This document shows, piece by piece, positions 38,266 through 49,518 of a stretch of 64,000 bases of DNA; position 1 is the first letter of the stretch, and each line of letters opens with the position of its first letter. Origin of the DNA: Mobula hypostoma (taxonomy: Eukaryota); the NCBI RefSeq assembly GCF_963921235.1, contig NC_086097.1, positions 188,110,001 to 188,174,000 of the forward strand. The letters are read 5' to 3'. The notes under the pieces are model-generated. The model was not told the DNA's origin and did no database searches. It worked only from the letters and a program-made list of their open reading frames with translations. The position numbers and the translations under genes were made by a program.

Positions 38266-39472
38266 AGACTGAAAGACCAGCCGCAGGAAAGATTAGACCA
38301 CCCTCACCCCCGAATGGGGTATGAACTCAGAGGATGAGGGAAATGGGGGTGTGGTATATTCTGTCTTTTGCAAAATCCCCACTGATTGAGGAAGAGATTC
38401 CCAAACCTTCTCACACTGAGTCAGGTGAAATCATGGGGACTATCTGTGGACAGATTGGGTTTCAGCAGGACCATGAAGGGGACGAAGCGGAGCTCAGCCA
38501 TGTGGCAGAGGGATCCGAGTTGCAGGACGGCACATGTGATAGGCCGGGGAAGATCTCGCCATATAGACCAGAAGTATCCCAAGGAGTGTCTGAAACTGAA
38601 TGAGTAGATGATGGGGTAAGGAGGTCTCAGAGAATCAGGAGACCCCCCAAATAGGCTGGCCTACGTAGCCCCGGGTGAACGGAGTGCTACAGCAATCCCC
38701 CTGGTGAGATATATCACTACCCTTTACAAATGGATTGGAGGTTTTGACATCACAAAATTCCTTTGAAAACGGTGTTATTAATGATGAGATGACAAATTAT
38801 TCCAAAGTCATGAGGACATGACTATTTTGGTGGGGGGGCGGGGGGAGAGTGTGGGGAAAGAGTGTAATGCCCTGGTTCATATTTATTACTGTTATTCTGT
38901 TCTCTATTTCATTTTGTGCCATTCTGTGCGAGCTGCCTGTTTTCCACTTAAGTTTCGGTTACGGTTGAACATAAGATATAGAAGAATTGTGTGCCATCCA
39001 ATTAGGATATTCAAATTAAGGGGAGGTTTCTCTAGTGAGGGACACTAAGGTTGGGCTTGGGGCTTTGGTTAGGGAGAGATGAAGAGGGAAGACACCGGAG
39101 AGAAGAGGTCGTAGGATTTGACTGAGAGTGGGGCCGTGATTCGATGAAGCCTGGGAGGATCGGTGACAAGGAAACCATGAGCTGCAACTTGTGCACATTA
39201 GGTGGTTTCATTAAAATGGTCCCTTTTCTTTTTTTTTGTCCCTTCTTTACTAACCCTTTAGTCAAATTAAGAAATATAAAGCTAAATCTTTTAATTGTAT
39301 GCAGTGTACTGTCTGTTATTTCATGGCACTCATTTGCACCAGGGTACCAAATTACACAGCACCCACACGAACAGGGGGTTTTGAAGTGGGGCTTGCACCT
39401 CAATCTCACGCTTGACAGGGCCGGAAATTGTCTTCCCTAGACTTCCGCAGCAGAGGAAACCAGAGTGTTTCA
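38266..39472 (+). mobile_element. Gypsy 3' internal fragment, PPT and LTR (about 38863-39472), related to 13767-18024
   Basis: aggtctcagagaatcagg and aagtcatgaggacatgact match the reverse complement of about 14445-14620; G-rich PPT followed by tgtaatg...gtttca. Confidence 0.75.
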
Positions 39473-39828
39473 CTAGTATCGTCCTTGTAATACCATGGGT
39501 TCTTATCTTATTAGGCAGCCTCATGTGCGATACCTTGTCAAAGGCCTTCTGAAAATCCAAGTATTCAAAAGCCACCGACTCCCCTTTGTCTGTCCTGCTT
39601 GTTATTTCCTCAAAGAATTCCAACAGATTTGATCGGCAAGATCTCCCCTTAAGGAAACCACGCAGACTTTGGCCCATTTTATCATGTGCTTCCAAGCACC
39701 CCGAAACTTCAATCATAATAATGGATTCCAACATCTTGCCAACCACTGAAGTCAAGCAAACTGGCCTATAATTTCTTTTCTTAGAACCAAAGAACACTAC
39801 AGCACAGAAAATAGGCCATTCTAGACTG

Positions 39829-42394
39829 GGTATTGAGCAATGAGGAAGGGTTAGTTAGAAATCTTGTTGTGCGAGGCCCCTTGGGTAAGACCGACCATAA
39901 TGTGGTGGAATTCTTCATTAAGATGGAGAGTGACATAGTTAATTCAGTAATAAAGGTTCTGAACTTAAAGAAGGGTAACTTTGAAGGTATGAGACGTGAA
40001 TTAGCTAAGATAGACTGGCAAATGATACTTAAAAGGGTTGATGGTGGATATGCAATGGCAAGCATTTAAAGATCGCATGATGAACTACAACAATTGATCA
40101 TCCCAGTTTGGCTAAAGAGTAAACCAGGGAAGGTAGTGCACCCGTGGCTGACAAGGGAAATTAGGGGTAGTATCAATTCCAAAGAAGAAACATACAAATT
40201 AGCCAGAAAAAGTGGCTCACCTGAGGACTGGGAGAAACTCAGAGTCCAGCAGAGGAGGACAAAGGGCTTAATTAGGAAAGGGAAAAAAGATTATGAGAGA
40301 AAGCTGGCAGGGAACATAAAAACTGACTGTAAAAGCTTTTATAGATATGCAAAAAGAAAAAGATTGGTTAAGACAAATGTAGGTCCCTTACAGTCAGAAA
40401 CAGGTGAATTGATCATGGGGAACAAGGACATGGCAGACCAATTGAATAACTACCCACATCAAAGTTGCTGGTGAACGCAGCAGGCCAGGCAGCATCTCTA
40501 GGAAGAGGTACAGTCCACGTTTCAGGGTCTCGGCCTGAAACGTGGACTGTACCTCTTCCTAGAGATGCTGCCTGGCCTGCTGCGTTCACCAGCAACTTTG
40601 ATGTGTGTTGCTTGAATTTCCAGCATCTGCAGAATTCCTGTTGTTTGCAATTGAATAACTACTTTGGTTCTGTCTTCGCTAAGGAGGACATAAATAATCT
40701 TCCAGAAATGGTAGGGGAACGACGGTCTAGTGAAATGGGCGAACCAAGGGAAATACATGTTAGTAAGGAAGTGGTGTTAGGTAAATTGAAGGGATTAAAG
40801 GCAGATAAATCCCCAGGGCCAGACGGTCTGCATTCCAGAGTGCTTAAGGAAGTGGCCCAAGAAATAGTGGATGCATTAGAGATAATTTTTCAAAACTCTT
40901 TAGATTCTGGATTAGTTCCTGAGGATTGGAGGGTGGCTAATGTAACTCCGCTCTTTAAAAAAAGAGGGAGAGAGAAACCAGGGAATTATAGACCGGTAAG
41001 CCTGACATCAGTGGTGGGGAAAATGCTAGAGTCAGTTATCAATGTTATGATAACAGCACATTTGGAAAGCAGTGAAATCATCGGACAAAGTCAGCATGGA
41101 TTTGTGAAAGGAAAATCATGTCTGATGAATCTCATAGAATTTTTTGAGGGTGTAACTAGTAGAGTGGATAGGGGAGAACCAGTGGATGTGGTATATTTGG
41201 ATTTTCAAAAGGCTTTTGACAAGGTCCCACACAGGAGATTAGTGTGCAAACTTAAAGTACACGGTATTGGGGGTAAGGTCTTGATGTGGATAGAGAATTG
41301 GTTGGCAGACAGGAAGCAAAGAGTGGGAATAAACAGGACCTTTTCAGAATGGCAGGCAGTGACTAGTGGGGTACCACAAGGCACAGTGCTGGGACCCCAG
41401 TTGTTTACAATATATATTAATGACTTGGATGAGGGAATTAAATGCAGCATCTCCAAGTTTGCAGATGACACAAAGCTGGGCGGCAGTGTTAGCTGTGAGG
41501 AGGATGCTAAGAGGATGCAGGGTGACTTGGATAGGTTAGGTGAGTGGGCAAGTTCATGGCAGATGCAATTTAATGTGGATAAATGTGAGGTTATCCACTT
41601 TGGTGGCAAAAATAGGAAAACAGATTATTATCTGAATGGTGGCCGATTAGGAAAAGGGGAGGTGCAACGAGACCTGGGTGTCATTATACACCAGTCATTG
41701 AAAGTGGGCATGCAGGTACAGCAGGCGGTGAAAAAGGCGAATGGTATGCTGGCATTCATAGCAAGAGGATTTGAGTACAGGAGCAGGGAGGTACTACTGC
41801 AGTTGTACAAGGCCTTGGTGAGACCAGACCTGGAGTATTGTGTGCAGTTTTGGTCCCCTAATCTGAGGAAAGACATCCTTGCCATAGAGGGAGTACAAAG
41901 AAGGTTCACCAGATTGATTCCTGGGATGGCAGGACTTTCATATGATGAAAGACTGGATCGACTAGGCTTGTACTCTCTGGAATTTAGAAGATTGCGGGGG
42001 GGGGGGATCTGATTGAAACGTATAAAATTCTAAAGGGATTGGACAGGCTAGATGCAGGAAGATTGTTCCCGATGTTGGGGAAGTCCAGAACGAGGGGGTC
42101 ACAGTTTGAGGATAAAGGGGAAGCCTTTTAGGACCGAGATGAGGAAAAACCTCTTCACACAGAGAGTGGTGAATCTGTGGAATTCTCTGCCACAGGAAAC
42201 AGTTGAGGCCAGTTCATTGGCTATATTTAAGAGGGAGTTAGATATGGCCCTTGTGGCTAAAGGGATCAGAGGGTATGGAGAGAAGGCAGGTACAGGGTTC
42301 TGAGTTGGATGATCAGCCATGATCGTACTGAATGGCAGTGCAGGCTCGAAGGGCCGAATGGCCTACTCCTGCAACTATTTTCTATGTTTCTATG
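39829..42394 (+). mobile_element. CR1-clade LINE, 5'-truncated, with a largely open RT region
   Basis: TSD cc(a/c)ttctagactg (39816-39828, 42395-42407); RT motifs through 40660-42012; tail (tttctatg)2. Confidence 0.93.
40454..40647 (+). mobile_element. Palindromic Penelope-tail insertion
   Basis: 15-bp TSD caattgaataactac (40439-40453, 40648-40662); perfect 72-bp inverted arms 40455-40526 / 40534-40605, followed by the normal PLE 3' end. Confidence 0.95.
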
Positions 42395-42899
42395 CCCTTC
42401 TAGACTGTGCCAAAACTTTCTGCCTCCCTCCCTTCTTAAAGAGTAGAGTGACATTTTTCCAGTCTTCTGGAATCATGCCAGAATCTAGTGATTCTTAAAA
42501 TATCATTACCAATGCCTTACAGTCTCTTCAGCTACCTCTTTCAGAACTTTGAGGTGTAGTTCATCTGGTCCAAGTGACTTACATATTTCAGACCTTTCAG
42601 CTTCCCAACTACACTCACTTCAGTCCCTGACTCTCTCAAATTTCTGTCATACTGTTAGTGTCTTCTGCCAGATTATGCTGTTCATCCACCATTTCTTTGT
42701 TCTCCCATTACTACCTCTCCAGTGTAATTTTTCAGCAGATTGATATCCACTCTCAGATTAAACCTTACCATTGAACCAAGACTCCACCACCATCCTCCGG
42801 AAGCATCAAACAAGAGGGAGAGAGATCGATTGAACACGGATACCTTCCACTGGGAGCAGTGAGCATGAACAAGAGGGGGACCAGTCACACACAAGCACC

Positions 42900-43420
42900 A
42901 GGATTGAAATCCTCCATGATTATTATAACATTGCTCTGTTTATATACCATTTCTATCTCCCATTTTAATTTGTACCACACATCCTGGCTACTGTACAGAA
43001 GTCTGTATATAACTCCCATCAGGGTCTTCTTATCCTTACAGTTTCTTAGTTGTACCCACAAGAATTCTACATCTTTCAATCCTATGTCACCCCTTTCTCA
43101 GGATTTGATTGCATTTGATTTCACCCTACCTCATCTGCCTGTCTTTTCGATACAATGTGTATCCTTGGATGTTAAGCTCCCAACCATGATCTTCTTTCAG
43201 CCACGACTCAGTGAAGCCCATATGTCATATTTGTCAATCTCTAACTGCATTGCAAGCTCAGCATTCAAATATAACATCCTCAGTTCTGTATACATCGCCA
43301 TTTTTGATTTTTCTCCCATGTTACTCTTCAACTATTCCCATTGATTGCAATTTTGCCCTATCATCTGCCTGTCTGCCCTCACATTCTCACTATACATTGC
43401 AATGACTGTATACCATCTGC
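42900..43420 (-). mobile_element. Degenerate CR1 APE fragment
   Basis: VEFLWVQLRN..TLMGVIYR..MEDFN. Confidence 0.75.
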
Positions 43421-44425
43421 CAGTTCCTATAGTTTCTATCCCCAGAGTGACAGGGCTGGGGAGGGGGCAGTTGGTATACAAGTAGATGCAGTGTATAGTA
43501 AGACTGTAAGGAAGGACAGGCAGATGAAAAGAGATAATAGATAGAAGTCACAACTGTTCTGGAGAACCAATTCTGGTCATTTTGAAGGTGTACAATAAAA
43601 AAAATCCACTTCTGGAATTCTGGACTCAAGAATCACTATAGTTTCTAAAGTGCATGCCTGAATACAATGAACGACGATTTACAAGACCAGTGCTTCAGAG
43701 CCTCAAATTTTATAAACCGTAATCTCAGTTACAATATTTCTTGTAGATTGTCACATTACTGTTAAGCATTGGTTTGCAAGACAATGCTGTCTTTTTCATT
43801 TTTAGCATCCTGGAAATATCAATTTGATAGCACAATAATCTAAGCCCTAAAGTTCGTGAACATGGTTATACAATGACTATAGTGATTACAGACCTAGAAC
43901 ACATATGAAATTATTCTGCATAGAAATAGCATCACATTTCGTCCCATTTTACCCAAATTAAAAGAGATACCCCAGGACACAAATAGATTATGTATTATAA
44001 CAGCATAAAATAGTCTGTAATAATGACTGACAGTCATTAACAATTTTGTTACAAGTGTACTTGTATCATTTAATACTACACTGACCTTTCTGTGCAAGCT
44101 TATTGGCAAACTGATGCACACATTTAACAATTTCTTTAAAATCATAAGACGTTGAAATGCAAGATAGCCTTCATGTGAAATAGAGTGGCACAGATCTACA
44201 AATAAGTCAATCAAGTTGCATTTTCACTACATTATTGTTTGATTTACATGTATTTTCTATGGAATGAAATATTAAATAGGGAATAAAAGAGTTACTTTTG
44301 TATGTTTTAAAACTTAATTCTTCACATGGGACACAGACACAATTTCATAAAATAATGGCTTGTTGTACTGGTTTACCTAAAATCAGAAAAACTGCTAATT
44401 TGTTTGTTTTCCTAATAATACTTAC

Positions 44426-44563
44426 AGCTTACTAAGTATTCCAGTTAGGATTTTAACTTGTTTTTGGAAATGATGTGGCACACCATCCTGCTTGGACTGT
44501 AGTTTTTTCAGATGATTATCATCTTTTGCTGACACATTTCTATTTGATCTTTTGCTCAATGTG
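44426..44563 (-). CDS. cnbd1: Coding exon of CNBD1-like gene: (S)TLSKRSNRNVSAKDDNHLKKLQSKQDGVPHHFQKQVKILTGILSK(L)
   Basis: Acceptor ccttttattttaaacag, strong donor gtaagt; 138 nt, phase 2/2, open only in the frame required by the previous exon. Ends in GILSKL, comparable to AILKKL of CNBD1. Confidence 0.75.
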
Positions 44564-45069
44564 CTGTTTAAAATAAAAGGCAAAAATAAATCTTTGCATT
44601 TGAAATGTTGCCAGAGGTTAAATCTGTTTACTTTGTAGATACATTTTTGTAGGTGGCAAAAATCACAGTACATCAAAACTGCATTAGACATCTCAAGACC
44701 AATGCATAATCTAGAGTCAGTTCAGTGCAGTTCTGGGGAACCACTGTATGGTCAGAGCTACTATTTTTCAAATGAAATATTTAAGTCTTTTACACTTACC
44801 AGACCTGTACTTTCTATTGCTGAAAGCAGCAAATATATCTAAAAATTAGGTATTAAACTGCTGCACACAACATTAATACTGTCAGGTTTTTTTTCTCACT
44901 AAGATTGTGAAATTGGACAAGAAGGCCTTTACATAAAGTACTAAGTTGTTTTTCACTCAAATTATGCTATAAAATGGAACCCATGCTGCAATGCAGCCCA
45001 ATTAAGTAGACCTGCAGCAAACATGCAGAGCCTTGGTGAGGCCACATCTTAAGTATAATGTAGAGTTAT

Positions 45070-47740
45070 ACAATAGACAATAGGTGCAGGAGTAGGCCAT
45101 TCGGCCCTTTGAGCCAGCACCACCATTCACTGTGACCATTGCTGATCATCCACTATCAGTATCCAGTTCCTGCCTTATCCCCACAACCTTTGATTCCACT
45201 ATCTTTAAGAGATTTATCCATCTCTTTCTTGAAAGCACCCAGAGATTTGGCCTCCACAGCCTTCTGGGGCAGAGCATTCCATGTATCCACCACTCTCTGG
45301 ATGAAAAAGTTTTTCCTCAACTCCGTTCTAAATGGCCTACCCCTAATTCTTAAACTGTGGCCTCTGGTTCTGGACTCACCCATCAGCGGGAACATGCTTC
45401 CTGCCTCCAGCATGTCCAATCCCTTATATGTTTCAATAAGATCCCCTCTCAGCCTTCTAAATTCCAGAGTATACAAGCCCAGTCGCTCCAATCTTTCAAC
45501 GTATGACAGTCCCACCATCCCAGGATTTAACCTTGTGAACCTCCGCTGCACTCCCTCAATAGCAAGAATGTCCTTCCTCAAATTTGGAGACCAAAACTGC
45601 ACACAGAACTCCAGGTGTGGTCTCACCAGGGCCCTGTACAGCTGCAGAAGGACCTCTGTGCTCTTACACTCAATTCCCCTTGTTATGAAGGCCAGCATGC
45701 CATTAGCTTTTTTCACTGCCTTCTGTACTTGCATGCTTGCTTTCAGTGACTGATGCACAAGAACACCTAGATCTCGTTGTGCTTCCCTTTTTCCTAACTT
45801 GACTCCATTTAGATAATAATCTGCCTTCCCGTTCTTACCACCAAAGTGGATAACCTCACATTTATCCACATTAAACTGCATCTGCCCACTCACCCAGCCT
45901 GTCCAAGTCACCCTGCATTCTCATAACATCCTCCTCACATTCCACACTGCCTCTCAGCTTTGTGTCATCGGCAAATTTGCTAATGTTACTTTTAATTCCC
46001 TCATCTAAATCATTAATATATATTGTAAACAGCTGCGGTCCCAGCACTGAACCCTGCGGTACCCCACTGGTCACTGCCTGCCATTCCGAAAGGGACCCGT
46101 TAATCACTACTCTTTGTTTTCAGTCAGCCAGCCAATTTTCAATCCATGTCAGTACTCTGCCCCCAATACCATGTGCCCTAATTTTGCCCACTAATCTCCT
46201 ATGTGGGACTTTATCAAAGGCTTTCTGAAAGTCCAGGTACACTAGATCCACTGGCTCTCCCTTGTCCATTTTCACAGTTACATCCACAAAAAATTCCAGA
46301 AGATTAGTCAAGCACGATTTCCCCTTCGTAAATCCATGCTGACTCGGACCAATCCTGTTACTACTATTCAGATGCGTCGTAATTTCATCTTTTATAATTG
46401 ACTCCAGCATCTTTTCCACCACCGACGTCAGGCTAACCGGTCTATAATTCCCTGTTTTCTCTCTTCCTCCCTTCTTGAAGAGAGGGACAACATTAGCCAC
46501 TCTCCAACCCACAGGAACTGATCCTGAATCTATAGAACATTAGAAAATGATTACCAATGCCAATGATTACCATGATTCCTAAAGCCACCTCCTTAAGTAT
46601 CCTGGGATGCAGACCATCAGGTCCTGGGGACTTATCAGCCTTTAGACCCAACAGCCTATCCAACACTAATTCCTGCCTAATATAAATTTCCTTCAATTCA
46701 TCCATTACCCTAGGTCTTTTGGCCACTATTACATCTGGGAGATTGTTTGTGTCTTCCCTAGTGTCTTCCCTATCATATTATGGTCACTACCTCCTAATGG
46801 CTCCTTTACCTCGAGGTCCCTGATCAAATCCGGTTCATTGCACAACACTAAATCTAGAATTGCGTTCTCTCTGGTAGGCTCCAGTACAAGCTGGTCTAAG
46901 AATCCATCTCGGAGGGACTCCACAAACTCCCTTTCTTGGGATCCAGCACCAACCTGATTCCTCCAGTCTACCTGCATGTTGAAGCCCTTTCTGTACCTCT
47001 CATTATGGAGTCCCCCACTACCACGGCTCTGCCTGACGTCTGTCTCCTCGGGTTTGCCTCAGCGTCAATTGTTGACTCGCAGACCCGTCCGCCTCTCAGA
47101 CTGGTACTGCCTTCTGTCCCGACAGCTTCCAAGAGGGAGAACCTGTTTACGAGAGGCACATCTCCCAGGGTCTCCTGTACTTCAAGCATTCTTTCCTTGC
47201 TCATCGTCGTCCTCCTACTCTCTTCCTGTATCCTGGGTGTAACGACCTCACTGTAGGTCCTGTCCAGAAAACTCTCGTTCTCCCGGATTAACCTAACGTC
47301 ATCCAGTTGCTTCTCCAGTGCTGCAACACGGTGCTTCAGAAGCTGAATTTGGACACATCTTCCGCAGGTGTAGGATCCAGAGGCACCATCAGTGTCCCTG
47401 ACCTCCCACATCATGCACGCAGCACACTGAATCAGCCCAGCAGTCATCTCTTCTCCACTTCTCACCCTCTCCGACTGTGGTGTCGTCTCTTCCCTCAACC
47501 TCTTCGCCGAAGACTCCTGAGCCAAAGACTCGTACTTATCTCAGAAGGCACTTCCCTCGACAAGGCTGCTCCCCGACAGGCCGCTCCCCTAGAGCGAGCC
47601 TTGCTTATATTAGCTGATAATTTCAGTAATTAGCTTCACCTGCCTCGCCTCCTCCGACCTCGAAGGTCTGGTTAGCTCGCTGCTCACAACCTGCTTTTTA
47701 AATCAGCCGCTCCTTCTCAGCCAATCCCTGAGAAGGGGAG
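45070..47740 (-). mobile_element. CR1 copy (same subfamily as 30549-34367) retaining both ends but with two large internal deletions
   Basis: Tail caatagacaatagg; RT 45156-46726; jumps at about 46770 and 46983; ORF1 N-terminus CAACMMWEV..CGRC (46968-47525). Inserted in an older + strand CR1 relic (about 45025-48210). Confidence 0.9.
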
Positions 47741-48519
47741 TTTTAGTCCCCTTCCTGATAAAATGGCAATGTAAAGAGAAGATTCACTACTCTAGTTACA
47801 GGGATGGTAGATTTACCATGGAAAGATTGACTGAGTATAATTAGACTATATTCTCTGGAGCCTAGCAAAATGAAAGACCATCCTAATGAAATTTACAAAA
47901 TACTTACAAGATTCAAAAGATGGATGCAAGGAAAATGCCACAGAATTTAGAACCAGGGTTTAATCTCACAATAAAGGGTAAGCCATTCAGGACTAGGATG
48001 AGGAGTTATTTTTTCATGCAGCAGGTAGTGAGTTGACAGTATTTATTTACTCAAAAAGCTGTTGGAGCTCAGTCACTGAGTTAGTTGAAAACAGGTTTCT
48101 AGACATCAAAGGAATATTGGGATAGTGCAAGAAAACAGTGTTGAGGTAGTAATTCAACCATGATCTCACTGAATGGTTCACAGGCAAAACAGCCCAATGC
48201 ACTTCCTATGTTCTTAATACTAGAAAAAAAACTGTGCACCAATCCCTTAACTGAGTCACATACCAGCAAACACACATAGCAGCATTGACTGTAAAGTTAC
48301 ATGGGTGAAGGAACAAGCTCCTCAATTTATTGTACACTATTGACATGCACTCTTTAAATTCAACTGATACAAGGAGGAATGTCTTGTACTGCAAGGAAGC
48401 CACGAAACAATGTAGGGTTACTGCAGAAGGAGTTAACTAGTCTGACTGCAGCAATAATTCTCATACCAAGGAGAAATATAATGAGAAGTTTAAGTAGTTT
48501 AATGATTTGTCATATTTTA

Positions 48520-49175
48520 TTTCGATTATGAGGACACGTAGTCCTCTTTGATTGTCATTTAGTAATGCATGCATTAAGAAATGATACAATGTTCCTCCAG
48601 AATGATATCACAGAAAACAAGACAAACCAAGACTGAAAAACTGACAAAAACCACATAATCATAACATATAGTTACAACAGTGCAAAGCAATACCGTAATT
48701 TGATAAAGAACAGACCATGGGAACAGTAAAAAAAAAGTCTCAAAGTCTCTCGAAAGTTCCATCATCTCACACAGATGGTAGAAAGAAGAAAAACTCTCCT
48801 TGCCATGAGCTTCCAACGCCGCAAACTTGCCGATGCAGCACCCTGGAAGCATCCGACCACAGCCGACTCGAGTCTGTCCGAAAACTTCAAGCCTCCGACC
48901 AGCCCTCTGACACCGAGCACCATCTCTGCCAAGCGCTTCGACCCTGGCCCCGGCAACAGGCAATAGGCAAAGCCGAGGACTGGGGCCTTCCCCTCCGGAG
49001 ATTCTCAATTGCACAGTAGCAGCGGCAGCGAAACAGACATTTCAGAAGTTTCTCCAGATGTTCCTCCATGCTTCTCACATCTGTCTCCATCAAATCAGGA
49101 TTGTGCACGGCTCCTATTTACAAATACGATATCATTTTGGAGTGGCCGCACACACTGCATCACACCGCCATCTTC
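48520..49175 (-). mobile_element. Probable non-autonomous retroposon with a Rex1-like 3' end
   Basis: Minus strand starts aagatggcgg, GC-richer non-coding body, AT-rich 3' region ending gcattactaaatgacaatcaaagagg; family assignment is inference. Confidence 0.45.
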
Positions 49176-49518
49176 TCCTCCCCTCTCAGCACTTTTTTTA
49201 AAAAAAGGAACCCCAGTGACAACCACTTCAAAACCTTTGCTCTCAAGGGCCACTCACCCTTGCATCACACAACTAATCCAGTACCAGCACTATGATCCAC
49301 ACTCAGAGGTCAGGTTTTAAAAAAATGCATTATGCCTACTAACATCCTTTAACCTCTCCATTAAGGCAAAAGGCACCTGGAGTAGATAGAGGCCCAAACA
49401 CAATTGTATCTCAACAATCAGGAACTTTGCCTACTGAGATAAGGACAGTGTCTGTTGAACGCCAACGATCTGGATTTGGAGGATTTTCTCTTCATGAGAA
49501 AGGTTGCCATTACTGAGC

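Larger units (their letters stand above)
39473..42750 (-). mobile_element. Older CR1 RT fragment (39473-39780, resuming at about 42417) hosting younger insertions
   Basis: NYRPVCLTSVVGK, LDFQKAFDKV in ORF 39330-39797; continuation tttctgcctccctcccttcttaaag at 42417. Confidence 0.72.

Noticed and set aside
37730..38272. Domesticated ZMYM1-like gene
   Set aside because: Lies downstream of a TIR-bearing hAT end and is cut off by a Gypsy fragment; it is a transposase remnant.
40465..42012. 515-aa ORF as a novel RT fusion protein
   Set aside because: The N-terminus is a chance reading of the palindromic Penelope insert running into a truncated CR1 RT; the start is not ATG and the C-terminus is frameshifted.
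44087..44195. Candidate next exon (MILKKLL..LHRK)
   Set aside because: Phase is incompatible with the preceding donor (TGA in the required frame); the resemblance to CNBD1 is superficial.
48264..48420. Additional host exon (ag..gtatgt)
   Set aside because: From the distal acceptor there is a stop in the phase required by the flanking exons, no recognisable homology, and the flanking exons already join in frame.
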